Assembly: GCF_001949145.1 (NCBI RefSeq)
Contig: NW_019091359.1
Coordinates: 1,748,540 to 1,812,539 of the forward strand
From: Acanthaster planci
Taxonomy: Eukaryota
Reading direction: 5' to 3'
Length of the DNA stretch: 64,000 nucleotides
Part shown: positions 1-14,560 of the stretch, in pieces
Layout: the number at the start of each line of letters is the position of its first letter
Position numbering within the stretch: the first letter of the stretch is position 1
Position numbers and translations under genes: made by a program
Notes under the pieces: generated by a model
The model's input: only the letters and a program-made list of their open reading frames with translations
What the model was told of the DNA's origin: nothing
The model's database searches: none

Positions 1-3000
1 TCTTCAATTCTTAGCTTTATCACAAGCAACAAATGATTGTTTCCTTAGATTTGAGAATTTACACTGTCATTCCAGGTAATTCAATTTTAACTGAAATCAA
101 CTGTGTACTTTCCTAACCCTCAATAGATTCACTTTACTGTTAAGTATACATTTGCCCGTATGGCAACTTGGCAAGCGACTGGTCGGCATTTGCTATACAG
201 CTCTAATCAAAATTCTGTTTCTTTCTTCAACTGCCTCCCATTTTCAGATCGAAAAGAAAGAGAGTTTGACTCTTTGACCACACTGAAGGTTGATGGTACC
301 GGTACATTGTCCATGTACAGGTGTACATGTGCACTCAACACAGACATACACATTAAAAAAATTAAATTAAATTAACCCCTTCTCATCATCTTCTTCATAA
401 AGATAAAACAATCTCTTGCATTCCAAGTCCTCAAAGGGTCAGCTAAATTCATCCTGCTTGCAGATTATTACCGGATCTTTCAATGTTTTACAAATTACCG
501 TAGATTGCCATGGAAACTGCACAAGGCAGCTTTGGGGTGGTGTGTCATGTCGGACACAGTGCAATCTCCCATCAGCCATCAACAGGCAGGCATATGCTAA
601 TACATGTACGTCAGCATTTACTGGGGCTTTTGGAGAGTGCTGGCTGAAGCCCGTCAGATCTTTATTGTGATCAACATTTTCCCAATCAAGGAAATGAGGT
701 ACCGTTACATGCACACATATTGTGCAGGTACAAATGACATTTGGCATGTTTTTTTTCGCTTGACGTATGACTGACATACATGTACACAATGGACATGTAT
801 AGGAAATGTACTCAATGTTTACTGAGATAACGGCGTTTCTCATTTCAGAGCGACCTTTATTTTCAAGGGGAAAAAGAATCAGTTTTTATGCTGTGGAAAT
901 TCTCAGCAAGAAAAACGTAAGGAAAATGATAATCATAAGACCCTCTGAGCGCTAGTAAATAATGTTGATTTTTTAACCCTCCCCTTTCCATGAACAGACC
1001 CTCCCTCCAGGTCAAAAAAATACGTGAACCATGGAAATGACTGTGCATACCTTAAGTAGGATCTTCTTGTGGCTTCCAGAAACATTAGTTTTTTTGTCTT
1101 GGGCTATAATCATGAATGCCAGAAAGCTATCACAATAATACTATTGACCAATCAGAATTATGGTTTGAAACTCATTCCATCCTGCCTTGACCAATCACAT
1201 TCATTTAACGGCCCAGAGTGACTGGTACCCTCTTAAAAGAATCTAAGACAACTTGTTTTCATTCAAAATAATGTTTCTATGATTGCGTTAAGAATAATTT
1301 AAGTACTCCGAAACAACAGTTGGATATAAATGAGAAATTAAACTGATTTATTTAACTAGTCATTACTGGTTAACCTTGTACGCATAATATCTCTGCTCGT
1401 CCTTCATACATACATGTACTGTACGGTAAATCAATTAAACATACAGGTACATACATGTACAACCTGACGTCAAAAACAGAACACGATCAAATAAATTAGT
1501 GCCTTAGTTTGGATGAAAACTTTGTGTCATCATTCAGTATTTATTCAGCTACACATATCACCTAGAAACAATATAGTACATGTAGAAATTTGTGGGTTCC
1601 GTGCACAATGTCAGTGTTAACGCATGCTTCACCACATCCTTCTAGGTTTAATACTTGATAGTGAGTAAATACACCAAAAATCAAGCCAATTTTCCCAATT
1701 TTAACACAATACATGTTCTTTTGACGTTCATTCAGGAAGCCACACAGGACTAAACTCTATGACTAAAATTATGCACATGGCGGGTCAGCGTTTCCTTCCT
1801 CTGCAATCTTACAAGTTATTCTGCCTTTGCTGAACCATAACCAACATTTTTCAAAGACTGAATTTCCTTGTTTTAAGTACCAATGAAATGCACTACACCA
1901 GTCTAATCTAGTAAATCCTTCAGTTAGCAGCTAATTTCCATCTAACACACAAGTACTGTGCATGTACAGTACAAACATACACGTAAATTTATGTACATGT
2001 ACACACTTTTGGTGTAATTCTATAAACCAAAACATCAAGCAGAGCTTGATATTAACTGTAAAATACCCGTAAATTCTTTTCTTGAGCGGATGTTACATCA
2101 TTTAACTGTTAACTTACAGGCTTTATATTACAAGGTACATGTATGCATACATGCACCGGTATGTAAATCATCTATTCAGAGAATACAAATTAATATGCCG
2201 CTGACAAAAATGACTCAGTGATAAAATGAACAATAACAACCAGACTGTCAAATGATACTGAAGTACTGTACATGTACATGAACATTACATGTTTGCTACA
2301 TGTACATAGAGACCTTGCCGTTTAACACAGTTAAACAGTGTATCTCCCACATAAATTTCATAATTTATGCCCTCGTTTGGCCTTTGGACACTGGACTCTT
2401 GAGTCCACAAAGCCCCTGTCTCATATTTCAGGGATGCGGATTGCAGATTGAGTGAAGACAGCCAGAGCGAGACAGGTACACAGTGGATGCTGTCGTGACC
2501 GGACTACTGTAAATGAGAAGGTTTGCCCAGAATAATGTGATGGACGACAAACAAAATGTCTCACTGAAAACAACATTTACACGTACACGTACATGTACCA
2601 GCATGGACGTGTACTAAAATTTAAATGTAGCCTTAAGTATTTACATGCCTATAGATGCTCCTTACACTATCCTGAAGCATCCCTTAGCCAAACAAATTGT
2701 TACATGAAGTAAAAGTGTACAAGTTTGTGCAAGGTGACGTTAAGACTTTTTAAAAGTGTCATAAAAATGAGTAGAACAATGACAGGTAGGAGCTGCGCTG
2801 TGGAGTACAGAAACGAGATGTCAGAGCCACCATGAACCAAACTGTTCCAGTCCTACTTCCAATACTTCAAGAAAATCTAGGAGAAAAAAAATGATGTTTG
2901 ACCAGTTTCCCTGATCAATTTTTTGAGCAATACAATTTGCAAGGGGAATCCAATGATTAATATTACACAAGCGTGGTGGTGTTAAACAGCCGCGGGACCT

Positions 3001-4403
3001 CACAGACACATTTTGTGGGACCCGATGACTCACTGTTTTACATACTGAACATGTAATCAGCAATACTGTACGCAACGCTGCATGTACATGTACACGTGTA
3101 CATGTACGTTGCAGTCTAGTCAATAAGCTACATGTACCATAGACAACAGTGATAAATATCCCCACTTCAAAAAACACTGGGTGTTCAAGACACATATCAA
3201 ATTAAAGCTCACTTCCTCATCTTTCATTTTCCTGATTTTTTTAGTGGGTTAACAGATTCCTTTTGAAGATATTTCTCTCCAGAGAAAAATCACCCCTCAA
3301 ACCAGTCAGGAGGCCTATCGCCATTTTGAAAATTGATGCCTACACTGCATTGCTAAACAGAGTGATTTGGAGGGTCCCGTTTGGTCTGATACGTTCAGAA
3401 ATACAGGCTGGCAGTCCTCCAAGATCAAATCCTCTTTCTTTACAAACCGCCCAGTCTATGTACCGGTACCACAAAACTGTCTTAATAGCAGAGAATTTGA
3501 CAGCCTACAAGTAGTGATTCGGTTCCACGCAGGTAAACATTTTGCACCTATTTACTGGCCTGCAACCATTAGTTATCTTGATCTTCATTTGTTACAATGT
3601 AGCCTTCAACTCAGGACACTAAATTACCACAGAAGAATATACAACATGTACATGTTAACATGAAACTGAATACAATCTACAATGTACATGTACCGGTACA
3701 TGCACATTTCATACACGTATTGTGCAAAACAGGCATGTCCAAGAACATGCACCTGTACATGTATGTACACCTGTTCAATGGTAGACCATAGAGCTGGGTT
3801 TGTAGCTCTATGGGTAAACCTACATGAGGTGTACTTATGTACATGTATTACAATAAATATATACCGGTAAATGTACGTTTATGCATTGTAAGTACCTTGC
3901 CATTTCATTTCTTCTGGTCATGAACACTTTCAATTTCAAATGATGTATCCAGTATGTTTCTAGAGTCTTGTAAAAACGTTTTGGTTTCCAATATGAAAAA
4001 AATGAAGTGAAACAAATTTTCAGTTAAAATCACAGGTTAAAAGACGGGTACCTCAGGAAAATTGGTGTTTTGATGAACTTACATGTACATGTACTAACCC
4101 TGAGCTTCCACAATCCTCCCAAATCCTCAGTAGAGGATTGAGGCTACATGTACGGTGTCTGCAGATTTTGGAAGGTTTGGGCAATGCTGGATGGCCCTAT
4201 GAATGAGCTGTGGGTTTTGGACAGCTGGGGTCCAATATACCAGTAATACCTACATGTACATGTAATTATTGGCTACAGTAAACACTTGATGACAGTGAAA
4301 TTACAACAGTGACTAGACACGGACAACATTTAGAAAAGCTGAAAGAATTTCAAAGCATAAATATCTACTACACCACCCAGTCAGTGTCAAAGAGCTACTG
4401 GAT

Positions 4404-4537
4404 TTTGAAGAATTTCCAAGGAAGCGACATCCTCGCAAAAGGGTCTTGGCTATGCTGGCAAATTATGATTAAACCCCATTTGCCAGCATAGCCAAGACCT
4501 TTTTGCGAGGATACAGCTTCCTTGGAAATTCTTCAAA
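4404..4537. repeat. Near-perfect palindrome (about 60-bp arms, about 14-nt loop), MITE-like
   Basis: TTTGAAGAATTTCCAAGGAAGC…GGTCTTGGCTATGCTGGCAAAT / ATTTGCCAGCATAGCCAAGACC…GCTTCCTTGGAAATTCTTCAAA. Confidence 0.85.
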
Positions 4538-4624
4538 CTGCGCCGCTTGAAAGGAATTGGTGGCAAGTAACCTGATCAGTGGCTTCATCTAACATGTAGA
4601 TGCACATTTATATTCCGTTCAACC

Positions 4625-4850
4625 TTTCTTTGAGTTTAATTTCTTAAGTTATCTTTCTCTTGGAGTTTGCTTTCTTGGGTAATTTCCATTCTTTTGGAGT
4701 TTACTTTCTTGAGTTGTTATCTTTCTCTTGGAGTTTACTTTCTTGGGTAATTTCCATTCTTTTGGAGTTTACTTTCTTGAGTTGTTTTCTTTCTCTTGGA
4801 GTTTACTTTCTTGAGAAATTATCTTTCTATCAGAGTTTACTTTCCTGAGT
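4625..4850 (+). repeat. Minisatellite, about 33-bp unit (…TTGGAGTTTACTTTCTTG…), about 7 copies with alternating variants
   Basis: Repeated GGAGTTTACTTTCTTG is visible directly. Confidence 0.85.
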
Positions 4851-6707
4851 AATGATTGGCAAATTTTAATGCTCTCTTTGGTGGGTTTCAAGTTTTTCAT
4901 TTTTCCTGGAGATACAAGTACTAATACATGTACATACTGCAGTGTGCACCTTCACATTGATGTGAGTACTTTTGCTGCAGCACTCACAAGCACTGCTGAC
5001 AACTTCCTGTTGAAGGAATCTGGGAAGTTCAGGCATTAAAAAACAGCCACTTAAGTAAATATTAATCCTCACCTTACACACAACTAAGGTACCTGTACCA
5101 TGGACATGTGTGGTATACCGGTACATGCATGTATGCCACTGTGACAAAATAATACACGTACCTGCATTTCAGGAAACTGAACATTTGGTAGGTTCCTGCT
5201 CGTACATTTACAAGAAAATAAATCTCCTGACACTTCTTCTGACATTATCCACTTTGTGATTTTTTCAGGGGTTTTGTTAAAATAATTCCTTTTTGTTTTT
5301 GTTTTTTGTTTCATTTTGTTGGGGTTTTTTTTGCGGGGGGGACACTTTTGCAGCAAAATCTTTGTGATACAGTGAGCTTTATGAATACATGAAAAAAAGC
5401 CTGAGGAGTTCCCCATTTTTTTCCATGGCACATTTGCCATTGTAAAAGCCACACGCTACGGAGAGCGAGTCAAGGGGCAGTGTGGACTTTTCAAATGCAT
5501 CCAACATGGCCCCAACAGTCGGGATTAGAGTTCACGGGCCAATTGTTCCAAACATTATTCTGGGTGGCACTTTTTGGATTGTTCTAAACTTTGCACAAGA
5601 CCTAAATCTGTAAATGAGCTCTGACATGCTACCGATACCCCGTACATCAAGAGACGTCTCTTTCAACATCAAAGTTGAACATTTTACCGTCCAGTGGAAG
5701 GCTTTAAGAAGCTGTCAGCACAAACATAACAGAAATAACAGAATAATTCAAATAATGTTGAAAAATCTTACACCATTATCAAAACACCACATAGAGTTAG
5801 TACTATGTACATGTACTTAAATGCACGCCAAATGAAAATACGGGGTTTCAGGCCCTGTCAGAAGTAATGAACCAAATGTACATTTTGAGGCATAAGTTGA
5901 CACAGCTACATGTAGGATTGATATTTCTGAAGATTCAACAAAAGTAGACAATGTGGTTGAGGTCTGCACACAGCAGCGGAAAATCTAATTATTTGATCAC
6001 GTACTGTACATGTACATGTATGTGTGCACACGACCTAGTTGGAGATTTTTAACGAGCAGATTTGAATGACCTTGGATTACAATCCAGGGCCCACAGTACT
6101 GAAAATAATCACACTTAGAGCATGCTTAGAGGTATCAAAACCAGTCTGGCCACTTCATGACACCTGTTGCAAACTGAGGTCCACTCATCCAATAGAAACA
6201 TGGTATTTTTGGTCCATGGGACAAACAAATCCGCCTGACGTCATGTTGGTTGCCTGAAGCCTGTCCACAGAGTTATTGAGTGTCTTTTTCCGATCACGTT
6301 TGAATTTAATCAAGTGTAAAATCCATCAATGGGCCCTTTGAGTTTGATGTTCACAAGTGGAAGTAATGTTTTCACAATAATACCAGTAACATAATTAAAT
6401 CAACAATGACTGCAACCTGTAACATGTACACGTGGTGCGCTTAAAATTTTACGGCTGATGACACATTGTCACATTTTTTAACCTTTCCACTCAATGAGTG
6501 TATTCATGGACGGTTTCTTGCACGTGTGCATGTTGTTTCACCGTGGTAGGAATACATGTACATGTACATGAAATTAAATGCAAACATATATACGTGTACA
6601 AATGCATAAGTGTGTACAATTGTTTTGAACACATGCAGGTACATGTACCAGTAAATGAAAGATGTCCCAGATGCCACAATTATCAGTAACAGTATGTTCT
6701 GCTTCTA

Positions 6708-6964
6708 ATGGATCATTCCATGAGGTTGGGACACAATTTGTGATGGTTTCCTTGTTAGAATGTTACATGGGTCACTTTTACCACCTGTCATGACCTGTAG
6801 AGTACGTCATTTGCTATGAAACATAACACACACCTCTGTATTCAGCCTTGCTAAAATGTATAATTTGGAATCCACATGCAGGGAAATAGCTGTTCATTTT
6901 AACGGACCCACGTAACAACCGACACCGTCACAAATCGTGCCCCCAACCTCATGGAATGACCCGT
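6708..6964. mobile_element. Short MITE with about 45-bp TIRs
   Basis: TCATTCCATGAGGTTGGGACACAATTTGTGA … TCACAAATCGTGCCCCCAACCTCATGGAATGA. Confidence 0.7.
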
Positions 6965-9900
6965 ATATGAACACGTGCATGTAAGGCCATTATTCACATT
7001 AAGGTCATTATACTTGAAGTACTGTACATGTATGTCTGCCAAAGTCCACTCTCACATGGACATCCCAGTCGATGTGGTCTTGAGCCACTGATGTGAAACA
7101 ACATCAATGTGGTCCCACTTGATGGAGTAAATGGCCCACTGACTTTTATCGCGTTAGGTAGAAATCCAACGATTGGTCTCGGTGAAGAAGATGTAACTCA
7201 TTTGGATAAACATCAACGGGATGATTCACTCACAAATCCGCTTACACACTGTAGACGTACTCTGTCTACATGTCCACTGCACAGACGCTTAAGAACAATA
7301 TTGATACCCTACTCAATTATGGACAAGCAGTGAGCCATGCAGTCTGTGCTAAATAGACTGGAGGTCACACAAAGGTCAACGAGTACTGGACCACAAACTG
7401 GTCCGTTTCTTGGAAATTGAGAGTGGCAGATTTTGACAGATAGTAATTGTGGAATAAGCCTTTTTTTCACGTTTCATGCACGCATGCTCAGAATATTTAA
7501 CAGAAGGAATAAATTCATGACGAGACTGTTGTGTAACGTTTGGCAAATAGATCCTCACAATTGTCATTATTGTAGACAGTTTGTTCTCCTCTAGCTTTGT
7601 TCACTTCATCGCATGGGGGCGCTATAATCAACATGGCGACAGAACGGGAAATTGACTTAAATACCCCTACCCGTAGAATAACATGTAGAAGGGGACTCCT
7701 CTTGTCTTTAGTACAACCTACAGTACATGCACAGTATATGTACATGTATACTGTTGTATACTGTACATGTACATGGAACATGTGGAAGATGTATATGGAG
7801 ATGCATGTCAAAAAGATGCAGAAATTCCAGGGCACGTAGTATTTTGTACAGTAAAGCAAATGAGCCCCCATTTTCACTTGCCATGTGGAACCCTGAGGCA
7901 AAATAGAGGCTATTTCAAAGGGGTTCCGCAAAGAGTCCTACAATGTACAGTTCTAAGTAAGAGTGAGTACGAAATGAAAGTGTAAAATACGTGACACATT
8001 TTTACAAACACATACAAGGCTGAACGTCCTGAAATGTAAAGAAAACCCACGGGTTTACATCATGGCCAATGCTACACCACAAGCTATCCAAAGCAACCTA
8101 TTGCCGGTTTGTCTCGTTTCCAAGACAAACACGGCATGACAAAGACATATCAGACCAATCTCAACCCATGTCCAATGTCATCTTACCATTCATGATGGCC
8201 GTAGGGCCTGGCAGATGGAAGGCAGACGATTACAAATCTGGGAGAACAGGGCTGTGCAGGAGGCACATATGGAAGCATCCAGACAGATATGACCAAGCAC
8301 CAACTGCCACTGTACAGTATTCACGCAGAGTGTTTGTGCGGAGCAGTGCTAAAGAACTACCGCAGACGAGATAGAGTGAAATGACCTCTGTCATATACAA
8401 GGCCTGATTTCTAAGTGTCTGCTGTCTGCATACAGGCAGAATGAGACAGACAGTGCATCATATCATATTCACAATGCACGGAGCAGTCCACTGTTGACTA
8501 TTAATATGTAAATGTTGTCCAATTTCTCATGAAAAGTAGAATTCAAGACCACAGACTAGCAGTTAACTAATGATTTCCCCACAGCCTAACATAGATGCAG
8601 GATTTGCAGGAATGTATGATTCTTGTAGTAAGTGTCAGTATGCACAGTTACACATGTACATGTACTGTACATGTCCATGCAGCCAGAATGCATGTGCACA
8701 GCCAGCCTGCATCTAATGCAGTGAAAGTCCATTGTGCATAATACCTTCAAAATGGTTGCTTCCAGCCTGGAGGTCAAACATAATGGTACAGCCCAAATGC
8801 CTGTAAAGTGCAGTTAGCCTGTCACTAACTGCATGCTATGGAGAGGTATAATTAGTATGCAAATGAGATGATTCCATTTTAGAGGGGTGGACTGCTGCTA
8901 CTGAGGGACTGACTGACAGATTATCTGTCTGTTTTGACTAGGTATGCTACTGTAGACTTTTAATGTAATCACCCCTACTTCCTGTTAGCACACAGCAGGA
9001 TATTTTCCTCAACAAGAGGGCAGTGTTATGAAATTTAGAGCGTGCTCAAAGAGAGATATCGTGGAAGACTTCAGCCCTGTAGTTTTGAATCTACTTTTCC
9101 TCCTAAATAATGCAAAGAGAAAATACTAGATCTCCTTTATCATATATTTTTAGGTACACAGTTTCTTGTCCTGAATACTAAATAATAACCTTGTTGTAAA
9201 ACACAGCAGAGGGAACGCACATTTTCTGTTGCACGTTTCAACACCTGCGCATAAGTTACATGGAGACGCTGTGAATATACATTATTTAATCCCTCTCATC
9301 AATTTGTAATCATCCACATGTACATGGAGCACATGAGACACCTTTTTTCCAAAATTTAAAAATCTTTTTTCCCAAACTGCTCATTTGTCTTCTTTAAACA
9401 AAGGTACGTCTTACACTTTGCTTCCCAAACCTTTGCAAAAAGCTAAGTGACTCAGTTGATGATTTTTTTTCTTAAATGAGGCAATTCTTGTAATTGTTTT
9501 GTAAAATACAAAACAAGAACAAAGATTTGTTTTCTTTGCTGAAAGTTCCACACTTATACATGTACAAGTGGATTTATCAACTTCAAAGCATGCTAAACCA
9601 CAAAACACTGCACCTGCTGCCCATTTGCAATACAACAACTACAGATGTTTTAGGTTTTTGTAACCTTTAATGGCCTTGCTTAGGGGTGGAACTACATTTC
9701 GGGGCTTTTTACAAGCTTGTGGAAGGAAAGGAAATAAACCTCACCCGAAAAAAATTGCCTTTCTCTCCCTATCAAAAAACAAACAAATTTGGGCTCCATT
9801 TTGGGGGGCCATGGTCGACACTGGACCCACTGAATCCGTCCTTGTTTAGTTCTGCTAACTGCTCATTCCTTTTTGTCATCCTTTTCATTAGCATAGAATA

Positions 9901-12620
9901 TACACACTGTCTCCTTTGCTCTCCTTCCCTTCCTGAGAGAATTCAGAAGAGAAGGCTGACAGTCGATTGACCCTTTTCCAAGTTTATGAAAGCATGCACG
10001 AGCTTCCTAAAAAGGATAAAAATGTGTAAAGTTTGCCGATACACCTTATAAGGAACTACAATGTGCATGTATCTCTTTTGAAAGAGGCACACAAGGTAAC
10101 TCTTTACACCGTTTCAGGGAAAATTGCAATTCACAGGAAGTGAATTTCTGATGCTAGCGTAGTGCAGCGGATGTCAGAGCAAAACTTCGGTTATCATAAA
10201 AAAAATTCCTCTAGTTTCATTTTTATTTACAAGGTACCATTTTACCATTTTGCGTTCATCTGTTTGTGCATGAATTCCTGGTACTGAATGAATTGTCTCA
10301 AACTTGTCCACAAAAACTCTGCATGCAAAGGTCATTTCAGCAGAATGTACTGGGGCTGCAAGTTGAAATTATTAAGATTGCAATTAACTAATAGTTCCCT
10401 TTTCAGTATTTTTACAGAGCTGATGTAACACACTTGTGTGTGTGTTTGTGAAATAATTTTCCCCCAGACAACTTGGCAACCTGTACATGTTTTTTTTCCC
10501 CCCTTCAGAAAGATATGTACACTCTTTATTTCAACAGACACTGGAGATAAATTGAACAACTTACAAAATTGAAACAAAAATTTTGTTAACTGAAAGGTCA
10601 AGAAACTATTGCAGCCCTGGAACAAAAAAACTACATTTTTAATTTTAGTTCCTAACCACAACGTGGAAAGTTCAAATTTGTACTTACACTGACACTGCAT
10701 TTTCCCCATATTTCAAGAAAACTCTCCGTAAAAAGTTTAATTTTCCTAAGTGATTACATGTACCAGTTGTTAGACAATAAATCCAGACTTCTTGTTCACA
10801 AAGTAAATGTATACATTTAAATGTCACAACACTTTGTTCTGTTTGTCAAGTGCAACATAATCATCTGCCTGGAAGTCATATACATGTAAACACCACAAAT
10901 CCCAAGAAACAGACACAAGAAACATACATGTGCATGTACATGTTGTGCAACATCTTTTTTTCAAACTCCAATTTGTTAGGCACTGTATCGAAAGAAAAAC
11001 TGTCCAACCTAAGACCAAGTTTATACTAAGCAGAGTGCATTTCCTCCCTGAACCATGTAGAATGATGGAGTTTGGACTTTTGACAAACTTTCAGTTTAGC
11101 CAGGTTTGTGAACAAATTCCAGACTGCCATATTATTTACACACATGTTTATTCAAACATTCTCTTCATTAACTATGCTTGAAGAGCAGTTGTTTGCAGCT
11201 CATTCTTTTATCAAGCTTGGACTTGATGTACAAAACTTGATTTCATTCTTTGGGGCAAAATGTGAAAGAAAGGTCTGCTCTCCTGTGAAAAAAAACCTAA
11301 ATGGAAAACTCTGACATGGCTCACTAAGGAAAGATTAAAATGACTTGATTTTGTTTGGCATGTTTTACTGTACTTGCATGTAAAGGTCCCTTTCCATGGT
11401 CCCAGTCTGAAAGCAATTACAAGTCCTCAAAAGTCAGATTCTGTAGTGCGAATATTCAGGTATTCACTTAGAAAACACTCAGAATTTTAAATCAGTCTCA
11501 TAGGGTTTGTTTGTATGGAATTTTTGTCTCTGCCTTTAAATCTGTATGTAATTACGTTATAAATATACTGCGAGAAAAGAGTTCCGGTATCAAGACGGAC
11601 CTTGACACACTATACACCATCGCCATGTGACTGGTCCGCAAAATTCTAAGTGTTTTCTTTGTAAATGGCTGAATAACATTTTCATCGCTAAATTCGACTT
11701 GGGAAGACGGATAACACAAATTTTCCCTTCACATCCTAAAAAGTGAAATTTAGCTAAGAGATTCCGAAGCATTTACTTAGAAAACACTTAAGGGTTTTTT
11801 CAGGAACACAGGGACATCAAGTGTTGTTCGTACATGTACAGTATATCGACCTCTTCTCTTAAGTTGATTTTTTAGGAAATGTCGTCACTCTCAGATGGCT
11901 AATAAACTACTGCAAGGGAAGATTAGTGATGTCCGTGGATGGAATTTTCACCCACTGGGAATTTGGAAAACTAGGACTCGCTGGCTCATGCTCGTGCGCA
12001 AACTTGATATCAGCATAGAGGAAGGAAAGGGTATGGGCTTTACATATCCACCGTACCAGTATTGGGGATTGTATACTTTTGGGGACCCGCCAGTTTTTTG
12101 TTACTTTGATCTTGTAAAACTGGTCAGTCCCCCCCAAAACTGAAGGAAACGCTCCCTCTATAGTGCTGATCCTATTTTTTGGAAATTTCAAATTGTAAAT
12201 TGTGAATAAATGTGACTTTCTTAATGATACATCAGCTATGCAAATTGGAATCCACCACGTCATCACTGTTTTCACGAAGAGGCGAATTTCCTCATCAGGG
12301 AGTAAAGCCTAAGTTTCCAGAAAATTGCGTCTGAAGTTGTCTCTTTTTCAAACGCTTATTTCCCCAGTATTTAGCATTTCTTAAGAGATCTTAAAGGACA
12401 CAAAACTTCCAAATGTTCATAAAAATGCTAAAATTTCTGTGACTTTTGTCTGCTCGTGAAAACGTGCGCTATTTTTATATACACGTAGCATTTTGTTGTC
12501 AAGACTTGAAACAAAATTTGGAACCTGAGGCACTGCACTGGCCTGGTTCTGTTCAGATTTAACCAGAAAAAGTCAGCTTTTATCAATATATGGGATTTTA
12601 TCTGATTCTATTCAGTTTAT

Positions 12621-13822
12621 AGTGTGGGGTTCCTCAGGGATCCTGTCTTGGACCGTTATTGTTTACTATTTATTCTTCTAAATTGTTTGATGCTGTAAAG
12701 CATCAACTTCCAAATGTTCACTGGTATGCTGATGATACTTAGTCATATTTCTCATTTCAGCCATGTAAACCAATTCATCAAGAACAAACTGTTATAGCTA
12801 TGGAAAAGTGGACTCAGGATCTACGAAAGTGGATGTTGCATGATCGACTTATGATTAACCCTAACACTCCTCAGTCCTCCAACAGGTGAAGGATCGAGGA
12901 GTGTTAGGGTTAATGATGTTAAAATAGACTTTATCCTTGTTGGTACTAGGCAATAACTTCCTAAAATGTCAGTTTCCAATATGAAAGTTGGTGATATTTC
13001 AGTGGGTAAATCAAGTCATGTTCAAAATCTGGGTATCCGGATTGATCTCAATCTTGATGAGAATGAACATATCACAAAAACCTGTTTGACGGCATTTTAT
13101 CGCATTCATACATGTAATGTACGGAGGATTCGGAAATGCTTACCAAGGGATACATTAGAGGTTCTCATCCATGCTTTTGTGACAAGTCGGCTTGACTATT
13201 GTTATAGCTTGTTTTATGGTCTTTCAAATGTGCATCTTTCTAAATTACAGAAAGTACATAATGCAGCAGCACGGTTGGTGTCTGGTGCTCCCAGAAGAGA
13301 TCATTTAACCCCAAACGTTTATCACTTACATTGGCTACTGGTAGTCATTCGCATTCACTGTAAAATTCTCTAACAAACAATCAAAGTTGTCCGCAGATTA
13401 GCCCCTGAGTATCTGTCAAAATAACTTAGAATAAGAAACGCACATGTTATTTACTTTGTTCAGAGAGTAAAATTATTCTCGACTATCCACAGGGAAGATT
13501 GATTTTCTGCTTCTGCACCACATCTTTAGAACCAACTACCCTCCGAAAATCAGATGATTCAATCCCTGGCTGTTTTAAAGAAAAAATTACAAACTTTTTT
13601 TTGTTTAAGGCTGTGTTTTAAATAGATTTCTGCCAATGTGTGTGTTTTTATTGTGATTGTACACGTAAGGGGTCCTTCTGATGTTGGGAATTTGGTATTT
13701 TACTGTAACCTTATTTTAATGCATATGTATTTAATGTTATAGCTTGTAAGTTGTAATGCGCACTTGAATGCTATGTTTATGAAATCTGAGCAAAATAAAT
13801 GCTATTTATTATTATTTTATTA
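12621..13822 (+). mobile_element. 5'-truncated L2-like LINE (RT fragment through the 3' tail)
   Basis: GVPQGSCLGPLLFTIY, WYADDT, HAFVTSRLDYCYSL, KLQKVHNAAARLV, LHWL; (TTA)n-like tail near 13805-13822. Confidence 0.9.
12859..12909. mobile_element. 51-bp piggyBac-like micro-MITE inside the L2 ORF
   Basis: TTAA|CCCTAACACTCCTC…GAGGAGTGTTAGGG|TTAA: perfect 14-bp TIR and TTAA duplication. Confidence 0.8.
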
Positions 13823-14229
13823 TAGCGCATGCCAGATGCAAAACAGCTACATTTGTATAAATTTCTGGCATCAAATTCGCCTCTTCGTGAAAACGGCAAA
13901 ACAAGTTGGCCTATGGTTTTACTCTTCATTGCCAACGCTGTACATGCATCTATGGAAGACAAATTCGCCTCTTTGTGAAAATGCAAAATGTGGAATAGTT
14001 GTAATTTGCCCCAGAAAGATCATCATAATTTGGCTGATTTCAGTAGATTTGACAAAAAATGATTACATCAAGTTGTAGGCATTATATAACCTAGTTGATT
14101 TTGCCAAAAAAAAAAGGAAATTTGAAAAAAAAAAACATGATTTTGGGCCAAAGTGTCTCTTCGTGAAAGCGGTGCTGATGTGTCATGTGTTAAAACACTC
14201 ACCACGCTCACAGTTTCCCCTCATAATTT

Positions 14230-14560
14230 CCTTCAAAACCCGGCCCTCTTTTCACAACATCAACCCTACAGTTCAGCATGAAGTCATACATGTAGTCATC
14301 TACTACTTGAGGTGAACAAACTTTTTTACCCTTCACAATGCATTTGTGCTGCTCCTAGGCCTTGGAACAACCAGCCCTTTCATGTAAGAAATGCTAAATC
14401 TGTCCACACATTCAAGATTGTTCTAAAACCTCATGTCTTTCATGAAGCATTTTAGAACGCCTGATTTTCATCTCTGCTAGTGATGGGTATTGTTATGTGC
14501 AGTTTAGTATTTTTGTATAGTATCTGTGCAATATCCATGTTCCTTATTATAATTATTATT
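14230..14560 (+). mobile_element. Short 3' remnant of an L2-like LINE
   Basis: AAPRPWN.QPFHVRNAKSVHTFKIVLKPHVFHEAF*, then a (TTA)n-like tail. Confidence 0.65.

Noticed and set aside
10140..10190. Minus-strand PKF motif as a candidate ST7 exon 2
   Set aside because: It continues CSDI rather than YVALTGTSS.
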